Source of the DNA: Lama glama
Taxonomy: Eukaryota
Reading direction: 5' to 3'
Assembly (NCBI GenBank): GCA_028534125.1
Contig: CM052818.1
Span: forward strand, 24,554,001 to 24,618,000
DNA length: 64,000 nucleotides
The translations under genes were made by a program, and so were the position numbers. Positions 12,768 to 25,459 of the stretch are shown piece by piece. Under the pieces are notes generated by a model that was not told where the DNA came from, made no database searches, and was given only the letters and a program-made list of their open reading frames with translations. Numbering within the stretch: position 1 is the first letter of the stretch; each line of letters begins with the position of its first letter.

Positions 12768-13498
12768 TCAGCTCAGATGAGTTCCTTAACAGCCCAGTCA
12801 CTTTTTATTATATTACCTGACTTCATTGTCTTCATAGCCCAAATAAACATCTGAAATTATCATATTTGTGCATTTGTTCTACTTGATTTCTTAGCAGTCT
12901 CCTCTTGCCTCTTGTTTTATGCGTCCTCTTTGTCTACATTTCCAGTGCCTAGAACTGACCCTGATATATAAATTATGAATGAATACTCACTGGAGACACC
13001 AATGACACAAAGTCACTCTTTCAACCACCACACTCCCCTGGAAGATTTACTAGTGATACTGGTTCGGGTTAGGGGTTCAGCCTAGGCTTGTGGTATAAAA
13101 CAGTGACCTGAAAGACTTGGAGGGTTCAGGCCTATAAACTTAACAGCGTTTGCTCCATGTCTTAACCAAGTAAGGGAAACAGCCCACAGACACTGATAAT
13201 TATAGAGGAAGGGATATTTTTTTCAAGATAGTTTATATTGAAGAAAAGCACCACAACAGCTCCATTCCAGGGTGATTATTTACAAGAGATGAAGAAGCCA
13301 CTGGCAGACAGACAGATTTGATTATCAACACCCACCTTAGCCAGCCTGCCCTCTAAAGTGCGCATGTGCAAGGAGGGGATGCGAGACCCCATCTGAATTC
13401 TACTTACGAGCTAATCCTAGTGTCCAAAACGGGCTTTACTACCCAGAAGGTTCTAGCTTCTCTTAAAGAGTCTCATTTATCTTTTCAGCAATATCAGT

Positions 13499-13942
13499 TG
13501 TTACCGAACGCAAGTGACACACAGTGAGACCAAAAAATACCTAAACGTCGGAGTCTGGAGCAGAGAAAGGTTTATTACTGGGCCAAGCAAGACCAGGTGG
13601 CTCGTGCCCAAATCCCCCTCCCACCCAACTCCTCAGAGGGTTTCAGCTGAGAATTTTTAAAGGCCAGCTGGTGGAGGGGCATCGCAGGGTGTGTGATTAG
13701 CTGTGCACAATTCTCTGATTGGTTGCTGGTGTTCAACTTCAGTGCCAGGAGGTCCGGGGGCTATGTGCTCATGATAGTCAAGTAGTTAATTTCTTCCATT
13801 TGGTGGTGATTTTTAGCATTTGAAAAACTCAGGAAATATGCATGAGATACTATTATCTGGGTACTTCAGAGAGGAGCTACAGCAGAGGATATGGGAGAGG
13901 GGTCTGTCCCAGGGAGGCCCTTTAGAGTCCCGCTCAGTTACA
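13499..13942 (-). mobile_element. ERV1-type solo LTR
   Basis: Starts TGTTACCGAA and ends GTTACA; reverse AATAAA at about 13571 and reverse CCAAT (ctgattgg). No clean TSD. Confidence 0.75.
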
Positions 13943-14349
13943 CAAAACGATAGTTGTCGCTAGCCTCTGTTTCCAGGAGAAGAAATGAGGTGCCCCAGAA
14001 CATGGAAGTCGTCGAAGCCTCTTTGCTGTCAGTGCAGGGCCCTAGTTACTGGGATCTCATGGAAAATCACAACAGAGAAGGGAACAGCGACAAGCAGATG
14101 AGGGAACCCTGAGTGATGGTGTGAACCGAGGCCATGGTGAGAATCTTAAGATACTTAGCTTTCATCAGCACTTGGCTGGCAGATCAACTCACAGACCCCC
14201 TGATCAGAAGAAAGTCCCTTCAGGTGATCCTGAGACCAGGAAAGCAGTCACAGAGGAGGGGAGTTGCCATTGCTGAAGACCTAGCCAAAGTCCTTCTGTT
14301 CCCCCCAAAAGTAAAGACCCCAGTTCTTGCCATACCCAAAAGATAAGTT

Positions 14350-14722
14350 TGTAGTCGGGAGATGGTGTATTGCGTAGTGAAAGATTTTTAAAGATTTATT
14401 TAAAAAAGGAAAAGTACACCTCCAAGAATGGGAGGCAGGCTGATCCGAGGGAGGAAGAGCGGCGGGTTTTGTCTCCCCTTTCTCTTCACCCTCGCTTAGG
14501 GGTGGTCTCTTGATTGATTGACGGCTACTTTTCCTGGACTGCCTAGTCATGTTTGTGCATGTCCTTACCCATGATGTACACAGAAAACCCATGGGGACCC
14601 CTAAACTGCAATGTTAATTGTAATATGGTGAACATTAGGTTGTGTCCCGTTAAGTCCTCTCTGCTGCCATGCAGTGTGGCTGTCGGTTTCTAACAGGTTT
14701 CTTGCTGGCACTCGTTTAGTAG
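14350..14722 (-). mobile_element. Probable ERV LTR fragment, cut by the assembly gap
   Basis: tgtag...agatttattt...aaagtacacctccaaga pattern typical of a reversed LTR 3' end. Confidence 0.5.
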
Positions 14723-15222
14723 NNNNNNNNNNNNNNNNNNNNNNNNNNNNNNNNNNNNNNNNNNNNNNNNNNNNNNNNNNNNNNNNNNNNNNNNNNNNNN
14801 NNNNNNNNNNNNNNNNNNNNNNNNNNNNNNNNNNNNNNNNNNNNNNNNNNNNNNNNNNNNNNNNNNNNNNNNNNNNNNNNNNNNNNNNNNNNNNNNNNNN
14901 NNNNNNNNNNNNNNNNNNNNNNNNNNNNNNNNNNNNNNNNNNNNNNNNNNNNNNNNNNNNNNNNNNNNNNNNNNNNNNNNNNNNNNNNNNNNNNNNNNNN
15001 NNNNNNNNNNNNNNNNNNNNNNNNNNNNNNNNNNNNNNNNNNNNNNNNNNNNNNNNNNNNNNNNNNNNNNNNNNNNNNNNNNNNNNNNNNNNNNNNNNNN
15101 NNNNNNNNNNNNNNNNNNNNNNNNNNNNNNNNNNNNNNNNNNNNNNNNNNNNNNNNNNNNNNNNNNNNNNNNNNNNNNNNNNNNNNNNNNNNNNNNNNNN
15201 NNNNNNNNNNNNNNNNNNNNNN
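14723..15222. other. Assembly gap (500 N)
   Basis: N run. Confidence 1.
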
Positions 15223-16354
15223 TATGGTTTAAGGGATGGGACCCAGTTAAGTGAACAGACCTAACAGCCCAAGCTCACAGCCAGAGCTGTTAAAATGTGG
15301 ACGGTGAGACTATGGACTCCCTAATGGCTGGGACTCTCACATATGGCATGAGTGACTGTTTGGCAGAGACATTTTAAAGGAGTTCACGTTAACCAGGGAG
15401 TTGACCTTGGCGGCTCTGAAGCCCTCCCAGTGCTTTCAGTTCAGGTATTTTTCTAATGCCTGCATGTTTCACTTGATAGAAGCCAAGGTCTGTGTTCTTC
15501 CCCTGTGCTTTGGCAACTCACAGATCTAGAAATTTGAGTAAATTGTGTTTTGAGATCTCTCTTGATAAGGAATCATCTTGCAATATACTTGCAAGAAAAG
15601 TTGCTGACATCTTCTACTCTGCATCAGAGAAGATGTAAGTACTTCCCAATCACCAGGTTATAGGGAAATGTTTATAGCCCTTCTCTGGAATCTGGAACAA
15701 GAGGTAAATTCTCATTTGGGAATGAATCTTTAGGTTACTGAATTTAGTGGCGTATAGAAACCATGAAGGGTAGGAAGAGATGAATATGTGTTGTCTCATT
15801 AGAAATAAGATACAAACGTGTAAAATAGGAAAGAAGGAAATAAGAAGTTTTAGATCATTAAATGAGCAAGACAGTAAAAGCCACTGGGTTTAACTCAAGT
15901 TCTTAGATCACACACACACAGATACAAGAAAATAAGAGAACAAAAATTCATCAATTGAATCAGAGTTCTTGGTTTGTTCTCTTAATATTAGAAGGGGCAA
16001 ATTAGCTGATTGCCAAGGTTTCTTTTGTTTTAAGCATTTAATAATTCTGTAAGAACCTTTGAATGAGAGAAATGGAAATATACAACAGAAAAGTAGAACC
16101 AGGAGCTGGAGAAAGAGCATTATGACTGACTCTGCCAAAAACATATCATATCTAGAAAATAAGCTGTACCTAGAAAATAAATGGGAACACAAACCTTACC
16201 GATGGTGCACCATCGTTTTCACATTTCTACAAAAAGGCCACACTGTATTCATATAGCACTGGGCACCGGAAGAAATCTCAAACTTTGAATCAATGTGTGG
16301 TGGATGCCACACTCAACTGCTTCAACAAGACATGATGGGAAGTAAAATGTTCCC

Positions 16355-16555
16355 TGGGCTGTTAGATCAAATCCCAGCTCACCCACTTACCAACTGTCAG
16401 TATTTTAGAAAGCCACTTAAATTCTCTGAACCTCACGTTCTTCGTATGTACAGTGGGATTAACGATGCCTCCCTCACAGGGTTATAGTAGGGATTAAATA
16501 AGATCCAGTATGTGAAAAAGTTTAGCTCAGTGCTTGACACTTAGTAGACACCCCA
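16355..16555 (+). mobile_element. MIR
   Basis: tcaaatcccagctc..ccacttacc...cacttaaattctctgaacctc...ctcacagggtt...ggattaaat. Confidence 0.8.
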
Positions 16556-16769
16556 TCATGTCCTCTGTCTCTCTCTCTTCCTTTCTTTTCTTAAAAGCAG
16601 GCAGCTCAGGGAAGCTGTCGTGATAATGGCTCATTCAAACAGAATATAGATTCTATGAAATCAGGATACTTGGGTTGTATTGATTTACCGCCCTTCCTTC
16701 TGACAAGGAACAATGATGGAATACGGCACTTCTGCCAGTAAAGGGGTTTGCAGTCGAACAAGGGACTTG

Positions 16770-16930
16770 GACTTTTCCTCCTCTGGTCCTCACCACAGCT
16801 CTGTGATGTGGGAGTTAAGACACTTACCTGACAGATGAGGAGTCGAGGCGCAGGAAGGTCAAGTGTCTTGCCCCCACACGAGCTGTCAGAGCCAGAAATT
16901 GACTTCAGTCTTCTGACTCAACTGTCCACT
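16770..16930 (-). mobile_element. MIR fragment
   Basis: acagatgaggagtcgaggcgcaggaaggtcaagtgtcttgccc core. Confidence 0.65.
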
Positions 16931-18623
16931 GCACCCCCCCCACCCCAGCCTCTATTTCTGGTTCTCAAAGTCCTCCCTGAGGCCAAACCCTGAGCGCCTT
17001 ATAGGAGATAGATTGACACCTGCTTTACCTTAGATGCTGTGCTATCTTCAGGTGCCAAGCCCAGGGGCTGCCTTTCGTGGTCAATGACTCGTGCTGATGG
17101 CGCCCTCATTCTCAGGCTGCAGAGCAGGGTTCACACAAGTACTGTCATGTCAATAGTTGCAGTGGCACTCTCTCCACTATCTGCGGTTCTAACGATTTGG
17201 CTACTTTGTAGTTATATTTAGGAAGTCCAACATATATCAAGGAAACCATTTAAAAGGCCTTGGGAAGGATTAATCAAATACAGCTTGTTTGTTATCTTCC
17301 CATTAGTGAAATCTATAAAGCTGAAAAGAAGGATTTTGAGATAAGAGGATCCTTTGCTTGGGATCCTAAAAAAGGAAAGTTACCAACCTGCTGTTTCTTT
17401 GCTAATGCAGAAGAGGGACTTGAAAGAATTATGTAGCATCCAGTAACCCTGAGCTGGCAAACATACAGAACCAGGAGATTACTATCATCTTTGCCATCAC
17501 ATAAAAGATGCTCCAGGTGTTGTTTTATTTTACTTTTTTAATGCTCCACTGCTCTTTGCAAGGAGCAGACTTAAATATAGTCCAGATGGTGATGGATGAA
17601 CATAATATTTCTTTGTCCTTCTCTAAGACAGGGTAATTGTGCATCATACATGGCAGTCAGGGGTCATTTTTAATATTTAAATGACAACTGAGTTGGAGAT
17701 TAAAATTTATAAGGAGCAGTGTAATCCCAGGGAAAATGATAGGAAGCCACTTCAACTTTCAAATGCAGTAAAAACAGATGGGCCTCCCCATCCAGACTTA
17801 AGCGTTAAAATATTTAAGATTCCTTGTAATTTTGGAAGCCCACAGAAGGAAATCTCTCTGTCTCTCTCTCTCACACACACACACATACACTTATTTTGCA
17901 TTGCACACTTATAGATCATAAAGTGAATTCCAGAGGGCAGTATTAGATTTTGTTTCTAAAAGCCTAGAATGTCACCTTAGGACCCAGCATCTTGACTGAG
18001 CAATGAAATAATGATGGGGAAACACGGTAACAATCCTAAGCGGAGGAAAATAATAGCTACCATGATCATCATTACCCAGAAGTACCCTCAGACACTTTGC
18101 AAAGATGATCTAATTATTCCCCTGCACATCCCTCATTATTATTTTCATCTCGAAGACAAATATAATATCTACTCTCAAATCATAAATGTCATTTCTCCTG
18201 AGAATCTTCATTGTTTTCTTGTTCATCTTCACAACGTGAGACTTAGACACCCCAAATTAAGTAATTTTGTAGGGTTAGAGGCAGCATAGTCTGTGTTTCT
18301 ATAAATGATTGATTAAAATTCAGTGTTTCCCAAACTGCTTTAATCATACCCCCAGCGAAATTAGAAAATGTTTACAAATATAGAAGTGTTGAAGGATGAG
18401 ACACAAAATAAATATAACTAGAAAGTCTAGTGCTTTTTCTGAGCTTGCCTGGGGGACAAGCAGCCCCCTGTTGGAGCGGGGAGGAAAGGAAGCAGAGAAA
18501 GAATGAACATGGCCTTCTTCCAACACCCCTCCAATAAGCCCGGACACCTGCAGCCTTCACAGTGAGTTCTACCCGGAGCTCCAGTGGAGACGGAGAGGGA
18601 AGTGGGAAGAAAAGTGGAAGAAG

Positions 18624-19132
18624 TGAGACTGTGGGTCAAATCCATTTCAGCTGCTTTCACTAACCAAGGTCATTTTAAGATTTGCTTGGCCTCCAAGTAG
18701 CTTAAACAATAAGATGTTTGCCGGAGTTATTTAAGGAACTTGGAGTCAGCTGTGCCCAGTCGGGGCTGAGCTGGTTAAGACGGGATAGGACGACCAGCCC
18801 TCCAACTGGGCATGCGCGAGCCGGCGCTTGCTGACCTCTCCAACGTGCAGGGGCGGGCGTAGCTTAGTTCGCCTGCGCAGAACCAAGATGCCCACACCTT
18901 TCTCCAATCAGCTTTCCCCACGCCACCCACGCCCCCAAGCCCCAGACCGCTCTCCTTTTTTGTTATCTCAGAAACACCCAGGGCCCCTTGCTCTCAGGAG
19001 GCAGGTTTGAGATTTGTTTTCCTGTCTCCTCGCTTGGCTGCTTTGCGAGTCAGCCCTCTCTTTGCCGCGGACCTTGGCATCTCAGCGTTTTGGCTTGCTG
19101 CGCTTCGGGGAAACGGGCCTGACTCGGTAGCA
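18624..19132 (+). mobile_element. ERV1-type solo LTR, sense to SLC8A1, CpG-rich
   Basis: TG...CA ends with perfect 4-bp TSD GAAG (18620-18623, 19133-19136) inside a split purine-rich tract. 3' end ...ggcttgctgcg...ctcggtagca; GC box and CCAAT in U3. Confidence 0.85.
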
Positions 19133-19229
19133 GAAGGAGAAAAGAAGAAATGGATAAGAAAACAAGAAAGGAGTAGGTAATAGAAACACTGCGTGGCTGT
19201 TCCTCGGTGTCAGTGCTGTGATACAGGGT

Positions 19230-19626
19230 GCTTCCAAAGGGGCTCTGCTGCGGTAACAAAATACCCCAGGCTGGGTCACCTAAACGGTGGAAAAGTGTTT
19301 TCTCACAGCTCTGGAGAATAGAAGTTCAAAATCAAGGTTTTCGCTCCTGAGGCCTCTTTCCTGGACTTGGGAGAAGGAAGGGCCACCTCTTTGCTGTGTC
19401 CTCACGCGGTCTTTCCTCCATGTGCACGCGTCCCTCCTGTCTCTCTGTGTCTCAATTTCTGCTCATAAGGACGCCAGTCAGATTGGATTAGGGACCACCC
19501 TAACAGCCTCATTTTCACTTACGTATCCCTTTAAAGGCCCGTCTCCAAATACAGTCACCTTCTTGGGTACTAGGGGTCAGGGTTTCAACATACGAATTTG
19601 GGGTGGAGACAATTCAGCCTATAACA
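19230..19626 (-). mobile_element. MaLR solo LTR (MLT1B/C-like)
   Basis: gtaacaaaatacc...tctcacagctctgg...aaggacgccagtcagattggattagggacc...aattcagcctataaca. Confidence 0.85.
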
Positions 19627-19721
19627 TGGGCGCTTTTATTTAAAACCATCTTATATTTTCAGACAAGGATGATAGTAGAAATATGTGATAACTATGCAGC
19701 ATATACACTGTAGGAAATGGT

Positions 19722-20119
19722 TGTTAAAAGATAGACTGAGGCACAGTAAAACTTTTACTAAAGAGTTGTTTCGAGCAAACATGGATTCAAAGCGGGCAGA
19801 GCCAAACCACAAGTAGTTAAGAGCGCTCTACTGAGCTCTCTACTCTCAAAAGAGGCTTCTTTCTCATAGGAGTTGGTGGAAAACTTACTAGAGCAGATAT
19901 GGGAGTGAAGCGAGGAGATTATTTGGCTCTAACTTAAGCAGTTGCCTTACTTGGGAAAGCCTCGATGGCTGTTTGTGAGGGGTTCTTCAGTCTCATCTCC
20001 TCAGATACGAGTGTGTTTATAGGAACTGACTTTGGCTTAGGTTGTGGCTTGCCTACATCGGTGACTAAGGCATTCGGGCCACCTCAGTCAAATGGGCTCC
20101 TCGTTCACTTGCTTTAATG
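19722..20119 (-). mobile_element. ERV1-type solo LTR
   Basis: Starts tgttaaaagat, ends tttaatg (decayed CA); near-TSD tggt/tggc. Confidence 0.65.
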
Positions 20120-20904
20120 TGGCCAACGCTTTCTCACTCTAGTGAATCACCCGTGTTTCCACCCGCTGACCTGAATCAAGTCCTCTGCCTAGTTAGTTTC
20201 CACAGGTGATTCCACCCATCTGCTGGGGGCTTCCTCCCGAGAGCTTATTGGAGGCCTTCCAAAGCCTCAGAGAAGAGGTTGCTCTCTGCGCAGATCCCCA
20301 GAGTGCATGTGTGTAATAATTCTGACCAGGTCCTCATGGAAGAGCAAGCCATTGCCTCTCCTCTCGGTCTGTAAGATGACAGGTGATAAGCCCAGACACG
20401 CCATTTTGCATGTTTTCTGAGGGGCATCTTCTCTAACGCTTCCCTGCATTGAGGGTTTTCCCAGTTGTGCGCTGCACCAGATGGCCTCACCACGGAGCGT
20501 CTCGTGAGGAGTAGGCAGGTTTGCCCCGGCATGGGGGCATCTCAGCTCCCCTGCTGCCAGCAACATGAGGTGGAGGAAGTGGATTCCTGGGGACAAGGTT
20601 GGGGCAGGTGGTGGTGGTGAACCAATTCTCAAGGAGAAGTTCTTTCCAAAATGGCGAAAAAACACATAAATAGGTATTAGCCACCACTGCAAGAGGAGTT
20701 GACATTCACTGCCCCAATTTTAAAATCTGTGAATGGTGATTATATCACATTATAAATGAAGCCTCCGTTTATTATTACTGATGCCCTGACTCCTTTAAAT
20801 GGTTAACTTTGTACATTTCTTTGTGCATTGATGGTATGACATAATCGGCAAAATTGTGATATATGTGTACATGTTATGTAATTAAGTAGTTTTTATGAAG
20901 CCAG

Positions 20905-21530
20905 TGGAAATTCATGCATGCATGCATTTACTTAGCCAGCTTACCGCACATGCTGGAGATGAGACCAAACACTAAGGACACAACAGTGAACAAATTGCTG
21001 CCCTTGATGAGCTCACAATCAAGTGGAGAAGAAAGGAAAGTGAATAGGCACAGTCTGGAGACTGGTTCTCACACTGAGTGTGCACGAGGCTCTCCTGGAG
21101 GGCTTGTGCAAACACAGGTTGAAAGCCACCTCCCACCCGCCCCCACTCCCTAGTTTGATTCAGAAGGGGTCAGGAGTTTGCACTTCTAACAAGCTCCCTG
21201 GTGCTGCTGCTGCTACTCAGGGACCACACCTGGAGAAGCACTGATCCAGTGTTACAGGTGTTGTGGGGGTTATGGAAGCTCTGAGAAGTTCCCCACATGG
21301 CTGGGGGTGGTGGGGAGGAGAGGGGAGGGGAATCAGGGAAAGTTTCACAAAGGAAATGATTTTGAAAGGATAAGGAGGGAGAGATTATGATACACAAAGC
21401 ATTTTTAGTTCTAAAGGATAAAAGGAGGAGAAAGTACATATAGTTTACAAAAAAAAAAAGCAAATAATTCCATTCGGCTAGGATGAAATTTGAGTTTGAA
21501 GCAGTTGTAGGAGATGAAGCTGGAGAAATA
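20905..21530 (-). mobile_element. L2 fragment interrupted by MER5A
   Basis: ttcatgcatgcatgcatt tail, ctaaggacacaacagtgaac...gcccttgatgagctcacaatc, aatcagggaaagtttcacaaagga. Confidence 0.6.
21060..21243. mobile_element. MER5A-like hAT MITE
   Basis: ctggttctcacact...tcctggagggcttg...ttctaacaagctccctggtg...ggaccacacctggagaagcactg. Confidence 0.75.
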
Positions 21531-22041
21531 TGCAGAGCCCAGAGCTGTGGCTGAGGGTGTGTTTGAATGTGGTCCTACACGGGAGCATATCACCACGAAT
21601 CCCCAGAGCCAGACTCCAAACTGCAAGGAAAGAATCCTGGTAGAAGAATTGTCACAGGTACCTTTCATCAAGAAAGGCTTCTTCCTGAGCCTGGCACACG
21701 ACTTTCCTGCTTTTTGGAAGAAATCTTTTTCAGTTCTCTGAAATGATAACCCTCCCAGAGGGCATGTGGGGGTAGAAAGTGTGTGTTGATTGCATATAAC
21801 TGGAACTGGTTGGAGCTTAAGTTTTTGCTATTGATCCACGAGCTGCCTAGGGGGCGTGTGTATATAATTAATTATTATAATAATAATTAACTGGTTGGTT
21901 ATGATTGACTCTTGGAATGCTCCAAGCTTCACCATCTCTCAGGGGAGAGGGGTGACAACCTAGGAGGAGGGAGAGGGAGAGAGGAAGACCCCAATGGCAT
22001 AGCACAGGTTGTGATGAAGTGTCCCCCATTCCTTTCTCTAG

Positions 22042-22317
22042 GGGAAGACGACGATGATGATGAATGTGGGGAGGAGAAGCTGCCCTCCTGTTTCGATTAC
22101 GTGATGCACTTTCTGACTGTGTTCTGGAAGGTCCTCTTTGCCTTCGTCCCCCCTACTGAATACTGGAATGGCTGGGCATGTTTCATCGTCTCCATCCTCA
22201 TGATTGGCATACTGACCGCTTTCATTGGAGACCTGGCTTCCCACTTCGGCTGCACCATCGGCCTGAAGGATTCCGTGACCGCGGTGGTGTTCGTCGCACT
22301 TGGAACCTCAGTGCCAG
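22042..22317 (+). CDS. SLC8A1: SLC8A1/NCX1 penultimate coding exon: EDDDDDECGEEKLPSCFDYVMHFLTVFWKVLF...GTSVP (palmitoylated-Cys region, TM segments, start of alpha-2 repeat)
   Basis: Acceptor cctttctctag (AG 22040-22041), donor GTAGGG at 22318, 276 bp. Lies within ORF 21912..22340, whose translation matches NCX1. Confidence 0.98.
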
Positions 22318-22973
22318 GTAGGGGATGCGTTCATACATGATACTCCCACCCCCCATCCCCAGAAGCATAAGCTCATTTGCCTTCCTGACCTTTTTCTGTT
22401 CCTGCAATTCCAAGGGCTGTGATGACAAACCAGGCGTATGAAAGACAAAACCCCAGAGCTATAGATAATGTCACTGCCAGAACATTGTCCTGGCATTTCT
22501 CAAGGTTACGAAGCTGGTCAGTATGATCATGATGACAGGAAAGCATTTCCAGAGGGACTGCCCGCCTGCGTGGAGGGAGAGGATGGATTTGATGGATAGA
22601 TTAATGGGTCAGTTTTCCATTACAGTTAGAACTTCCAAAAACACAACTATAGAATCCTCTTCAAGAACACAGTTTCTGTCTTTTATGTATTTAGTGAAGT
22701 TTGGATGATGACCATGAAACTCTATTGGGTAACTAAGATAAATACTTAAGACTTAATGCAATATTCTCTTGCCTCAAACATGAACGGGGGTAAATAAAAA
22801 GTAGACATGGATCAGAACAGGGAAAAAGTCATCCTGATCAAAGTGAGCAGGAGGAGTGGATGACCCTGCCTGCCTTCCTATAAGCTAAATTTTTCTTCCC
22901 ACCTACAACTGGAGCTCACTAGGTTAACTGGCTCTTCCAAGTAAAGATCTCCTCCTCCTGATTGTAACATTGA

Positions 22974-23143
22974 CAGTGGTAACTGTCAAACTTCGGTGGG
23001 AATCGGCATTACCTGGGAGCTTGTTTTTCAAAATGCAAATGCCCAAGACCCACCACCAACCTATGGAATCAAAAGATCTAAAGGAAGGGCCCAGGGACGT
23101 GTGTTAAGCTCACAGGTAATGCTGGTGCACATCAGAGCTTACT
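22974..23143. mobile_element. MER5-like hAT MITE
   Basis: cagtgg..tcaaactt...attacctgggagcttg...aaaatgcaaatgccc. Confidence 0.6.
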
Positions 23144-23419
23144 GTGACGGAAGCTCCGGACCTACTCCCCAGCACGAGTTGACATCTTGACAGATGGATA
23201 GTCTCAGCTTAGAGCAACGAGACTCCGATCTCTACCAACAGAAGGTCAACGCCCAGGGTTGCAGTGGGCTTGGGAAAAGGTGAGACTTAAGGGAAATAGA
23301 GCCCTGCTGATGGCGCCATCCACTTAATACGATGTGATTTCTACTAGCATTTACCATGGTTGGCAACCTGGCTTTTGGTTTTTGAGTCTGAAAACAAGCA
23401 CATTTTAAATCATCAATAT

Positions 23420-23640
23420 CTCTTCACTGGAATTCATTCTCCACTCAAGATATTTATCCTCTCAGTGACTAGGGATGTTACTTAATTTCTCTGAGCCTTG
23501 GTTTCTCCGTTTGTGAAATAGGGATAACCAGACTTGCAGAATACTGGTCAGGGTTGGAGACAACACCCTTAAATTATCTACCTAGTAAAGCATCTGGGGG
23601 GACGTAGCAGATTCAGTAAGATGGTTTTTGTGATGATGCT
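23420..23640 (+). mobile_element. MIR
   Basis: gtgactagggatgttacttaatttctctgagccttggtttctccgtttgtgaaataggg core. Confidence 0.7.
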
Positions 23641-25459
23641 GAATGGCTGCAGATGACCTGACCAGTATAAATCTGGGCACCTTATCCTTGAGGAACGAGG
23701 GATGGACGAAATGTCCTGGTATAGACTGGTCAGCTGTGGCACATGGTGTTACACAACTGATGGACTGCTTGAGAGTCCTCGCCGTGTGGGTCCAACCGAG
23801 TTAATGGAGGACTGAGGGATTTAGAGAGTGTTCTTCCTCCCGCCTTAGTAGGCAGGGCTCTGTAAAGTCTTCAGTTTGACTACTGATCCTCAGGAGAGCA
23901 GACTCCCTCTCAGCCCAGCTGTGTTCCAGCAGTTCTATATTTGGTCTTGATTCTGAATTTTCTCTAAAAATGACCAGAAATGTAGCAAGCAGGAGGAAAA
24001 ACTTAAAATATTCTAAAGAGGCTTTGTTTAGGAAACATACATAAAAGCCACAGGAACTAAGTATCACGGCTAGTCATTGCTCTTTCAGAGGTGACTACAG
24101 GAAAAGATAGTTTGGAGGGGGGGTCTACTTAAGGCTTAAGTCACTGTATCAAAAAGTGTCCCCGTGAGCATGTGCTGTTGGCCATGTGTTTTAACTCTTG
24201 AAGAGAATCTATGTAAATTATGGTAATGCAGGCAAAATTAGGTCTTATGACAGTTACTTTTAAAATTAGCCTACCTTTCTGAAAAGTCAGCAGTTGGTTC
24301 TACCAAATGCATTTCTTGCTTTAAAAGGGATTCAAAAATGCTTTTCCCTACATCAAGTCCTTGTTCCTGAAAATACTTCTTTGGCTGCTGTTTGTCTTTT
24401 CTGAACTTATTTCAACATCTCAAAACGGGCTCCTTTGTCTATATACCAATGTTATGAAATGGCTCTGTACCTCACATATTAATCAACTCTTTTGAACAGT
24501 GTGGCAGCCAGATGATTAAGATTTTTTCCTGTAACATGGAACATGGGTTACAGTAAACCTCAGTGCTCAGAGTCATTTGTTCTGCCACATAAAACCAGCT
24601 CAACCCAGAGAGGGGCATCGAGAGGTGAGAGTACAGCAAAGTCATTGGTTGTCAGAAATGGTTTCCCTGAACTGCCATAAATTCTTCCCATCGGGACACA
24701 GATTTCTTTGTTGTGTTATTGGGAGAATTCCTATAATTTGCTGCAGTATTAACTATGCAGCATACTCCCCAAACAATCTATTCACAGGTAATCTCAGATA
24801 ATCTTATCTCTGTAAACAGACATTTCCCCCTCGCCCCCCAAAAACCCTGTGAATTGTTCATTCAGCATCTTATTCAATATTTCTGATTTATCTTTCAACC
24901 CTGATGATTCAGAGCAGTGCTTTATTATATCTCCCGACTCCTCAGGGGAGAGAAAAAAAGATACTCTTGTTCCCAGATGACAAAGCCCAGTTGCTGCAGG
25001 CGGAAGAATGAGGAGGAGGAGTTGGAGTTCTCTTCACGTAGAGCCTCCCATGGACGGGCAGTGGTCCTGAGGCTCAGCGCTTTCTCTCAGCTGATGTCCT
25101 GGCGCTTGTCCTAAGGTAGACGGGCTCCTGGCTAGTGTTCGATAGGCTGCTGCCTCTTCCTAGCTGAGACAGGATTAAATATCTGTGTATCTCATTAAAG
25201 TATTTTTTTATTACCATAGTCGAAGTCTTTGGGGGGGAGAGCTTATGACTTTGCAGGTGAGACAGTGCTTCTTCACAGCAACTGATAATAGATTATAACT
25301 AACCTTCCACTGGCAGAGAAGGGCTCAGGACAACCCTCACGCTGCCTGTAATCACTTAAAGATCCATACTTATTAATAGAGGAAGAGCCTTCTTTTCCTG
25401 AGTCACCCTTCTACAGAGCTGCCCGTCTCAAGAAGAGGGGGCTTCCTGATCAGTCTCTT

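Noticed and set aside
14674..15264. ORFs of about 200 aa here and at 50065-50674
   Set aside because: Artefacts of N runs.
21912..22041. N-terminal extension of ORF 21912..22340
   Set aside because: Intronic read-through upstream of the acceptor; it does not match NCX1.
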